Of a DNA stretch of 64,000 nucleotides, positions 37,675 through 45,310 are shown one piece after another. The notes below the pieces were generated by a model. The model ran no database searches and had not been told where the DNA came from. It saw only the letters and a program-made list of their open reading frames with translations. The stretch spans positions 72,262 to 136,261 of the forward strand of contig CALIRQ010000009.1 in NCBI GenBank assembly GCA_938042195.1, written 5' to 3'. Source of the stretch: an uncultured archaeon. Its GTDB lineage: Archaea > Thermoproteota > Bathyarchaeia > 40CM-2-53-6 > CALIRQ01. Each line of letters starts with the position of its first letter. Position 1 is the stretch's first letter. Position numbers and translations under genes: made by a program.

Positions 37675-38714
37675 TTGGGAGCCTCTTCTTCCTCCTCTCG
37701 AGGGATCACCCCACCCTGCCCCGGGCCGAGGTGGAGGCGATACTCCAAGCGGAGGGCTTTCGCTTCGAGATCATAAGCTCCCGGCCCGGCCTCCTGAGGT
37801 TGAGGGCTGATGCGGCGGCTCTGAGGGCGGTTGGGGCGAGAAGCCTGATGTGCAACCTCTGCGGGCTCGAGTTGGCGCATTGCGATGAGCTCGGGGAAGG
37901 GGCGATCCTGAGGGCTTGCCGCGATGTCGATCCCGGCCGTTGCTTGAGCCCAGGGAATGGGTTCGCCGTCAGGGTCCGGAGGCTCTTAGGCGCAGGGGGG
38001 CATTTGAGGAGCCCGGATTTGGAGAGATCCATAGGGGCCCTCATAGCCTCCGGATCCTGCGGGGCAAAGGTGGATCTGGAGAGGCCGGATAAATTGTTCT
38101 TGGGCATAATCTCCGATGATGGCTTCACGCTGGGGCTCGCGATGGCTGAGGGAGGCGCCAGATCCTCCGCCGCTAGGGCGCCGAGGAGGAGGCCGTTCTT
38201 CCATCCGTCCAGCATGCCGCCTAGGTTGGCCAGATGCATGGTCAACCTTTCAAGGGCCAAGGCCGGCGAGGCGTTCCTCGATCCATTCTGCGGGGCGGGG
38301 GGGATACTTCTCGAGGCGGCGTCGATGGGCTGCGAGGCAATCGGGTCGGACATCGATCTCAAGATGATCCGCGGGGCGAGGGAGAACTTGAGGCACTTCG
38401 GCCTACCATTCATCGGCCTAGTGCGATCAGACGCCGCCCTATTGCCCATCCGCGGGATTTGGGCGATCGCGACCGATCCTCCATACGGAAGGAGGGCCTC
38501 ATCGCTCAAGAGGCGCCTCGAGGAGATACTCGCCGGGTTCATCCCAAGGGCGCGCGATGCCCTAGAGCCGGGGGGCCATCTTTGCATAGCACATCCGAGC
38601 TCGATCGATGCGGCCTCGTTGGCGATCGAGGCGGGTTTCGATCCTATCGAGAGCCATGAGCTATTCGTCCACAAGGGGCTGACGAGGGTCGTATCAGTCT
38701 TCGGGAGGCGTTAA
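37675..38714 (+). CDS. THUMP-domain tRNA (guanine-N2)-methyltransferase (Trm11/Trm-G10-like)
   Basis: DPFCGAGGILLEA (SAM motif I) and DPPYG (motif IV). A TTG start is placed immediately after the prs stop. The track's longer N-terminus overlaps prs and is rejected. Confidence 0.75.
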
Positions 38715-38719
38715 GGGCC

Positions 38720-39613
38720 GTGGAGATTCGCTTCCTCGGGACCGGGGGGAGCATCCCGACCGGGTTCAGGGCCTCGCCATCGGTAGTCGTTAGGAGGGAT
38801 GAGGAGTTGCTGATGTTCGATTGCGGGGAAGGGACGCAGGTCCGCATGGCCTCTTGCGGGCTTGGCCTGAATAAGCCCATGAAGATATTCATCACCCATA
38901 TGCACGGGGATCATGTCCTCGGGCTCCCGGGGTTGATTATGAGCATGTCGCTCCTCGGCAGGACGAGGGAGCTTGAGATCTACGGCCCGCCAGGGATCCG
39001 GGAGTTCCTAGAATCGATCGGGAGGATATTGGGATATGATCCGAAGTTCCCGATCTCGATCGAGGAGGTCCGGGCCGGCGGGGCGGTGGAGGGAAGGGGC
39101 TACAGGGTCCTAGTAGAAGCGGCGGATCACGGGATCCCTTGCAACGCCTTCTCCCTAGAGGAGGGGGCCAAGAGGGAGTTCCTGCCAGAGAGGGCGATGG
39201 AGCTTGGGGTCCCGAAGGGGCCCCTTTGGAAGGAGCTCCAGCTTGGGAGGGCCGTTAGCATAAACGGGAGGATCGTGGAGCCGTCCCAAGTGCTCGGGGA
39301 GCTCAAGCGAGGGAGGAAGATAGTATACGCCTCCGATACTAGGCCCTCCGAGCCCATAATGAGCCTCTCCAGAGGCGCCGACATCCTAATCCACGATTCG
39401 ACATTCGACGATTCGAGGGCCGAGGAGGCCAAGGAGTATGGGCATTCCACCGCCAGCGAGGCGGCATCGGTGGCGAAGGGGGCCGAGGTCAGGGCCTTGA
39501 TCCTCTTCCACTTGAGCCCAATATATCGGGACCCGGCCCCTCTGCTCCTCCAAGCCAAGCGGATATTCCCAAACTCCATGGTCGCATATGATTCCATGGC
39601 GCTGGAGCTTTAG
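38720..39613 (+). CDS. rnz: Ribonuclease Z (tRNA 3' endonuclease)
   Basis: 297 aa metallo-beta-lactamase fold with HMHGDH, an exosite region and a C-terminal His. Confidence 0.9.
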   Translation: MEIRFLGTGGSIPTGFRASPSVVVRRDEELLMFDCGEGTQVRMASCGLGLNKPMKIFITHMHGDHVLGLPGLIMSMSLLGRTRELEIYGPPGIREFLESIGRILGYDPKFPISIEEVRAGGAVEGRGYRVLVEAADHGIPCNAFSLEEGAKREFLPERAMELGVPKGPLWKELQLGRAVSINGRIVEPSQVLGELKRGRKIVYASDTRPSEPIMSLSRGADILIHDSTFDDSRAEEAKEYGHSTASEAASVAKGAEVRALILFHLSPIYRDPAPLLLQAKRIFPNSMVAYDSMALEL

Positions 39614-40044
39614 CCCGATCCCGAGCGCCCCTCCGAGCCACGAGCGGCTGGCTCGGTAAGCCATTCGATGAGCGCGTCCGGGTCATCGCATTCCACCCTG
39701 ACGGATATAGGGCCCAAGGGCGATTCCCCGAAGGGCTGGGAGAAGGAGATCTTCCCCGCGAAGGCGGCCTGCTTATGCAAATGGAACTCCAAGGCGTTCC
39801 CGATTTTGGATGAGGACAAAATGGCCTTGGCGGCGCTCCTTATCCTCTCGGCCCCTATGAGGGACTTCAAGCGATCTAGCGCCTCGAGCCCCTCCGAGGA
39901 TCCCCTGAGGAGGGCCGAGCCGTTCCCAAGCCCCTCCTCAGCCAATCGCACGTTCGGGAATATATTCGCGATTGCCCTCCCCACCTTTTCTTGATCCTCG
40001 GTGGGGTTTACCATCGCGCTGACCTCTACCCTGATCTTATCCAC
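39610..40044 (-). CDS. UPF0201-family predicted RNA-binding protein (COG1931)
   Basis: 144 aa with MDKIRVEVSAMVNPTEDQEKV, resembling the archaeal UPF0201 N-terminus. It is paired with UPF0200 as in many archaea. Confidence 0.55.
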   Translation of the reverse strand: MDKIRVEVSAMVNPTEDQEKVGRAIANIFPNVRLAEEGLGNGSALLRGSSEGLEALDRLKSLIGAERIRSAAKAILSSSKIGNALEFHLHKQAAFAGKISFSQPFGESPLGPISVRVECDDPDALIEWLTEPAARGSEGRSGSG

Positions 40045-40589
40045 CTCTCGATCCTCCCCATGAGCCCCTTGAACTCCTCCTCCAAGTCCGCCAAGGTCCC
40101 CTCGTTCCGGATCACGAGGTCCGCGAGTGCTATCACATCGCCAACGCCGACCTTCAGCTCCCTTTCGTCCCTTTCCCTGAAATCCTCGGGGGACTTGGGA
40201 TCGTCCCCCCTCCCCCTCCTCAATAACCTTTCATACCTGAGCTTGGGCGGGGAATGCACCGCGACGACGATCACCTCGAAGCGCCTCCTGAACTCATCCA
40301 CCTCCTCCAAGTTCCTTATCCCCTCCACGACGACCACCTTCGATGGGTCCGATTCCACTTCCGCCGAGAGCCTCTTCACTATCGCGGCCCGACCCCCCTC
40401 CTCCCTCAACGCGAACATCAGGCCGCCCAAGGTTCGGGAATCCTTCGGAAGGCCCCGCCTCTCAGCTTCCCGGCGGACGATGTCCCCGCAGATGTACACC
40501 GGGTACCCGGCCTCCCTGAAGAGCCTCGAGAGCTCCCCCTTGCCGGAGCCGGGCATCCCTGTCGTGGCTATCACGAGCTTCGCGCTCAA
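40026..40589 (-). CDS. UPF0200-family P-loop nucleotide kinase (dephospho-CoA kinase-like/AAA)
   Basis: 187 aa with Walker A TGMPGSGKG and a kinase lid (RRGRGDD). Confidence 0.6.
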   Translation of the reverse strand: MSAKLVIATTGMPGSGKGELSRLFREAGYPVYICGDIVRREAERRGLPKDSRTLGGLMFALREEGGRAAIVKRLSAEVESDPSKVVVVEGIRNLEEVDEFRRRFEVIVVAVHSPPKLRYERLLRRGRGDDPKSPEDFRERDERELKVGVGDVIALADLVIRNEGTLADLEEEFKGLMGRIERWIRSG

Positions 40590-40647
40590 GCGCTCTCGCC
40601 CCGGGCGGACGCTCGCAGAAGATAAATAGAATCGGGCGGATTAATAT

Positions 40648-41226
40648 TTGCGAGCGCCGGGGGATGGCGCCTTGAGATGCTTCATCTCGGTTGACTTGGA
40701 GGATAGGGACTTCGTGGAAAGGGTGGGGAGGGTTCAACGCGACCTGCTGGGGATTTGCGGGGGCTTAAAGCTCGTTGAGCCCCAAAACCTCCACATAACC
40801 CTTAGGTTCTTGGGCGAGATCGATGAGCGGATGGCCTATGGGGTCTGCGAAGCGATAGGCGGGATTGAGTTCAACCCCTTCGAGGTGGAGCTGAGGGGCT
40901 TGGGGGCCTTCCCAAAGGACGGCTACGCCAATGTCATATGGATAGGGATCCGAGGGGGTCGAAGGGAGCTGGAGGAGGTATCGGGGAAGATCGAGTCGCG
41001 CTTGAGGGGGCTTGGCATCCCGCCGGATGAAAGGGGCTTCTCGCCGCATTTGACGATAGCGAGGGTGAAATCCCCCGGCTGTAGGGCGAAGTTCAAGGAA
41101 TTTCTCTCCGGCTCGAAGGAGCTGGAGTTCGGGAGGGTGCTCGTAGAATCGATAAGGCTCAAGAGGAGCGAGCTCTCGTCAGAGGGGCCCACGTATTATA
41201 CCCTTTGCGAGGCCCGCGCCAAATGA
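40648..41226 (+). CDS. thpR: RNA 2',3'-cyclic phosphodiesterase (2H phosphoesterase, ThpR/LigT)
   Basis: 192 aa with two HxT/SL motifs (HITLRF, HLTIAR). Confidence 0.85.
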   Translation: MRAPGDGALRCFISVDLEDRDFVERVGRVQRDLLGICGGLKLVEPQNLHITLRFLGEIDERMAYGVCEAIGGIEFNPFEVELRGLGAFPKDGYANVIWIGIRGGRRELEEVSGKIESRLRGLGIPPDERGFSPHLTIARVKSPGCRAKFKEFLSGSKELEFGRVLVESIRLKRSELSSEGPTYYTLCEARAK

Positions 41227-42659
41227 GGGATGTCTCCCCCGTCTTGGAGGAGGTCCTCCACGCCCTCCGCCCGGATGGGGCAGAGAGGAAGAGGATAATG
41301 GGGTTGGCGGAGGAGCTGATGAGGCGATTGGGGGAGGAGGTCCGAAGATCTGGGTTTGACATAGAGGTTAGGCTCGAGGGCTCGGTGGCGAAGGGGACGT
41401 GGATCAAGGGGGAGGCGGATCTGGATATATTCCTCAGGTTCCCGAGGGACTTCGAGAGGGGGGCTTTTCGCAAAATCGCCTTGGAGCTCGGGAAGAGGGC
41501 CCTCTCTGAGCATCAGCCGTACGAGAGGTACTCCGAGCACCCCTATGTGGAGGCGGTGGTGAATGGAGTGGTGGTGGATATCGTCCCCTGTTATCGGGTC
41601 GAGCCCAGGGATTGGCTCAGCTCCACGGATAGGACCCCATACCATACGAAGTATGTGATCGAAAGGCTCGGGGAGAGGGGGAAGGACGAGGTAAGGCTGC
41701 TCAAGAGGTTCTTGAGGGCCAATGGCCTCTACGGGGCCGATGCCAAGGTCAGGGGGTTCAGCGGAATGCTTTGCGAAACCCTGATCCTGAAGTATGGTTC
41801 GTTCGCCTCCCTCCTCGAGGGCGCCGCAGCTTGGGGGAGGCACGAGGTCATAGATGTGGAGGGCCATTATGCGGGTAGGGAGGAGGAGGCTAGAGAGCTC
41901 TTCGGGGAACCCCTTATAGTCATCGACCCGGTCGATGGGGGCAGGAACCTCGCCTCGGCCCTTTCGGAGGAGAACCTTTGGAGGTTCGTTGCCTTGGCTA
42001 GGGCGTTCTTGGAGGAGCCCTCGGCGGATTTCTTCTTCCCAAAGGAGGTGGTCCTCGGCCCAAGCGAGTTGAGGGCGGAGCTCGAAAGGAGGGGGTCCTG
42101 CCTCGTGATTCTAGCCTTTGGAGGGATCGATGCCGTTGTGGACGTCGTTTGGAGTCAGCTGAGGAAGTCGGAGGCAGTCCTCAGGCGAGCGCTCGAGGGG
42201 GAGGGGTTCAAGGTCTACAGAGCATCGGCGTGGACCGATGAGAGATCAATGAGCGCCATCGCATTCGAGTTGGAGGCGGGGGAGTTGCCGCCCTTGGAGC
42301 TCAGGATCGGCCCGCCGGTCCTCCGGAGGGCCGATTCCGAGAGGTTCTTGAGGAAGCATAGGGGCGCCAAGGATACGGTCGGCGAGCCTTGGGTTAGGGG
42401 TGATAGATGGGCCGTGGAGAAGCTGAGGAGGTTCAGGAGGGCTGGGGATGCGCTAGAGGGGTTCCTAGAGGGGGGAGGGGAGGCGTTGGGGATCCCGAAA
42501 ATGGTCGCTGAAGCGATCCGAAGGGGCCATGCCGTATTGATAAACGATCAGGTATCTTCACTCTTGGAGGACAACCAAAAGCTCAGCAAATTCCTAGCCG
42601 AGTTCTTAGGCGGTTGGCCCATGGCACGAGGGGGGATCGGGCCTCGAGCGACGAGGTGA
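41205..42659 (+). CDS. cca: CCA-adding enzyme (archaeal class I tRNA nucleotidyltransferase)
   Basis: 484 aa with GSVAKGTWIKGEADLDIFL (Pol-beta NT motif), matching the archaeal CCA architecture. Confidence 0.9.
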   Translation: MRGPRQMRDVSPVLEEVLHALRPDGAERKRIMGLAEELMRRLGEEVRRSGFDIEVRLEGSVAKGTWIKGEADLDIFLRFPRDFERGAFRKIALELGKRALSEHQPYERYSEHPYVEAVVNGVVVDIVPCYRVEPRDWLSSTDRTPYHTKYVIERLGERGKDEVRLLKRFLRANGLYGADAKVRGFSGMLCETLILKYGSFASLLEGAAAWGRHEVIDVEGHYAGREEEARELFGEPLIVIDPVDGGRNLASALSEENLWRFVALARAFLEEPSADFFFPKEVVLGPSELRAELERRGSCLVILAFGGIDAVVDVVWSQLRKSEAVLRRALEGEGFKVYRASAWTDERSMSAIAFELEAGELPPLELRIGPPVLRRADSERFLRKHRGAKDTVGEPWVRGDRWAVEKLRRFRRAGDALEGFLEGGGEALGIPKMVAEAIRRGHAVLINDQVSSLLEDNQKLSKFLAEFLGGWPMARGGIGPRATR

Positions 42660-43432
42660 GGATCGAGGTACCCCAAGGCCTCTCGTTCGAGCTCCACGGC
42701 CCCTTGCTGTGCTATCCCAAGCCCGATCCCTCTGAGTTCTCGAGAAGGGTTTCGGAGATGAGCCGCTTGGGCGTGAGGGGGCTGATCTTAGGCGGGCCCA
42801 AGGAGATCGGGCGGTTCCGGATCTTGGGGAAGGGGTGCACTAGCTTGGTTATCAAGGCCGAGGCGGCCGAGGGGATGGCGGCCCTCAAGGTGAGAAGGAT
42901 CGATGCCAACAGGCCGAGCATGGCGAGGGAGGCGGAACTGCTGGCGCTTGCAAACCGAGCCGGGATCGGCCCGAGGCTCATGGGGGCCTCGGAGAATTTC
43001 CTACTGATGGAGTTCGTGGAGGGTTACGATATATCGAGTTTATTGGATAGCTCCCTGGAGATGGGCCCCGGCCCGGAGGCGCTGAGGAGCGCCCTGCGGG
43101 CCCTCCTCCTTGACGCGTTCAAGCTGGATTCGATCGGTTTGGATCACGGCGAGCTGAGCAGGGCCGATGGGCACATCATGATAGCTCGGGACGGGAAGCC
43201 CTTCATATTGGATTTCGAATCGGCCAGCGTGAATCGGCGCCCCTCGAACCTCGCATCCCTCGCCCATTACCTCTTCCTATCCCGGCGCTCGGGCGGGCTC
43301 GCCTCAACCCTAGGGCGACCGGATCGAAAGGCCCTAATAGAGGCCCTCCGGGAATACAAAATGGGCCCATCGATCGAGCGCTTTCGGAAGGTCATGAGGA
43401 TCCTCGGCCTCGGCGAAGGAAAAGAAATATAG
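42614..43432 (+). CDS. Small archaeal Ser/Thr protein kinase-like protein (COG2112-like)
   Basis: Gly-loop LGKGCTSLV, a VAIK-like ALKVRR and a catalytic-loop-like LDHGELSRADGHIM. The true start may be the internal Met near 42758. Confidence 0.6.
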   Translation: MAHGTRGDRASSDEVRIEVPQGLSFELHGPLLCYPKPDPSEFSRRVSEMSRLGVRGLILGGPKEIGRFRILGKGCTSLVIKAEAAEGMAALKVRRIDANRPSMAREAELLALANRAGIGPRLMGASENFLLMEFVEGYDISSLLDSSLEMGPGPEALRSALRALLLDAFKLDSIGLDHGELSRADGHIMIARDGKPFILDFESASVNRRPSNLASLAHYLFLSRRSGGLASTLGRPDRKALIEALREYKMGPSIERFRKVMRILGLGEGKEI

Positions 43433-43456
43433 GCCCCTGGATGGCCCTCTAAGGGC

Positions 43457-43591
43457 GGGGCAGTCGTCTAGTTTGGTCCAGGATCCCAGAGGCCATCGGG
43501 GAGCCTGGGGCGCTGGAGACCGCTTCGAGCGGCCGAAGGTCGCGGGTTCAAAATGGCCCGAGCGGCCATGGGAATCCCGTCTGCCCCACCA
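43457..43591 (+). tRNA. tRNA with encoded CCA and two non-canonical introns; tentatively tRNA-Arg(UCG)
   Basis: GGGGCAG pairs with CUGCCCC, followed by A-CCA. U8, A14, G18G19 and A21 are present, plus an AGGUC variable region. The T-arm GCGGG-UUCAAA...CCCGU is interrupted by a 22-nt hairpin insert (AUGGCC-CGAGC-GGCCAU). About 33 nt are inserted between the D-arm and anticodon arm. The candidate anticodon loop is CUUCGAG. Confidence 0.6.
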
Positions 43592-43822
43592 AGGACCCCA
43601 TGGCGATTCGACTCAAGGATCTATGGGATCGTCCGCTCGGGGCTCGAAAACGCCCAGGTAGTGAACTCGGGGAGACATTCGAGGGAATTGGGGGGGGGCG
43701 CTCGAGGGAGCCGGGGCAAGCGAAGCTCATAGAGCTGGAGAGGAATCCATCGCCCAGCCATAGCCGGAGAAGCCCATGCGCCCATGAGCTCCGAAGTTCC
43801 GATCCTCGGAGAACAACACCAT

Positions 43823-45301
43823 TCAAGGGAGGCGCGACCCCCTCTCTCGATGCGGCGGAAGGATCCTCGCAGATCCCCCGAAGATCGCCTTGAACTCATC
43901 CCTTAGGAGCTCCGGCAGGGCGCGCCCCATATCCCTCGCGATCCCCCCCAAGGCCTTGCTCACTCCAGTCGAGTATTGAATCGCTCGCTTGGGGCGGCTG
44001 GCAATCCGCTCCGGGAGGCCGATCTCCTTGGCCAGCGCCCTGAGCAACACCTTTCTCTCCCCTCTCTCGGCATCGAGGAGGAGGCGAATGGGAAGGGAGA
44101 GGGCGAAGTCCACTATCCCGGTATCGGCGAATGGGATCCTGAGCTCCACTGATGACGCGGAGCTTATCTTATCATCGCGCTCGAAGTTCACCAGATGTGA
44201 GTTCCTTATATCCTTCAATAGCAACTCCCTAGCCAGCCGAGGGCCGCCGGAGCGATGGGCCCTCAGGGCCTTCATATAGCCCCCGAAGCATTCGTCCGCC
44301 CCCTGGCCCGTCAGCGCGACGGCGAAGCCCAAGGCCGACGCTTCCTCAAGAACCCAATAAAGCGGGATCCCGATAGCAACCTTCATCGGATCCGAATCCT
44401 CAATCAGCCAAAGGATCTTCCTCAGATCCCCCCTAACGTCCTCCGGCCCCTTCTCGACCTGAATGAGTTCGATTCCGATCTCCCCCGCGGCCCATTTCGC
44501 GAACTCGAGCTCCCCGCTGCCCCTCAGCGAGGCCGAGATCAATAGGACCTCCTTCCCAATCGCGCTCGCCATCCGGGCTATTATGGAGCTATCGAGGCCC
44601 CCCGAGAAAGCTATCGCAATGCGATCCGCATCGCGCAACCTGATCCTCAAGGAGTTCTCCATCAATTCCCCCAAGCGCGCCTTCGCATCCTCGATTCCCA
44701 GCCGCTCGATCCTCCGGCGCCCGATCCCCCGGGCCCTGCGGAACCTAGGCTCATCGCCCTCGACCACGCAAATCGATCCGGGCGGGAATGATTCGGCATC
44801 GGGTATGCCAATGGCCCAAAGCGCCTTGGCCTCGGAGGCGGCCGCGAAGACGCCCTCCCCCTTGCCGAAGTATAGGGGCTTCAACCCCAGCGGGTCCCTC
44901 CCCAGGATCAAGGAGTCCCCGCATAGCGCGGCGAACGCATAGGCCCCCTCGGCTTCGGCCAAGAGGCGTTCGAAGCGCTCCAATCCCCCGCCCCCCAAGA
45001 GCCCTCCAATGCCGCTTCGGCATTCGGGCGAGAAGACCCTCCCATCGAATGCGATCGGATCGCCCCCGGCCAAGATGGGCTGCGGCGAATCCCCCGGGAG
45101 GAGCCGCTTGAAATTATGCCCTATGGCCCTTGGGCCAATCCCCCTCAAATCCCAAGGATCCGCTGGGAAGATGACCCCGCTCGGATCGGCGATTCCGTAC
45201 CCGGTCCCTCGGTGATCTAAGGCCTTCAGCATCCTCGCCAAGGGGTTAGAAATGTCCCCCGATCCGGAGCTGGATATGGCGATGACCGAGCCCATTCCCA
45301 A
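43823..45301 (-). CDS. asnB: Asparagine synthetase B-like (class-II amidotransferase domain + PP-loop synthetase domain)
   Basis: 492 aa with the PP-loop AFSGGLDSS. The N-terminus is MGMGSVIA, without the catalytic Cys2. Confidence 0.8.
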   Translation of the reverse strand: MGMGSVIAISSSGSGDISNPLARMLKALDHRGTGYGIADPSGVIFPADPWDLRGIGPRAIGHNFKRLLPGDSPQPILAGGDPIAFDGRVFSPECRSGIGGLLGGGGLERFERLLAEAEGAYAFAALCGDSLILGRDPLGLKPLYFGKGEGVFAAASEAKALWAIGIPDAESFPPGSICVVEGDEPRFRRARGIGRRRIERLGIEDAKARLGELMENSLRIRLRDADRIAIAFSGGLDSSIIARMASAIGKEVLLISASLRGSGELEFAKWAAGEIGIELIQVEKGPEDVRGDLRKILWLIEDSDPMKVAIGIPLYWVLEEASALGFAVALTGQGADECFGGYMKALRAHRSGGPRLARELLLKDIRNSHLVNFERDDKISSASSVELRIPFADTGIVDFALSLPIRLLLDAERGERKVLLRALAKEIGLPERIASRPKRAIQYSTGVSKALGGIARDMGRALPELLRDEFKAIFGGSARILPPHRERGSRLP

Positions 45302-45310
45302 CGAACCCGA

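Noticed and set aside
37065-37880. 271-aa minus-strand ORF across prs and the Trm gene
   Set aside because: It is antisense to two confidently identified genes.
37706-38674. 322-aa minus-strand ORF inside the Trm11-like gene
   Set aside because: It is antisense with Ala/Ser/Pro-rich composition. The sense strand has clear SAM-MTase motifs.
43457-43900. Interpretation of the terminally paired 135-nt element (plus downstream 230 nt) as the SRP RNA
   Set aside because: The element has tRNA invariants (U8, A14, G18G19, T-arm halves, discriminator plus CCA) and is only 135 nt. A tRNA with introns explains it better. SRP RNA motifs were not convincing.
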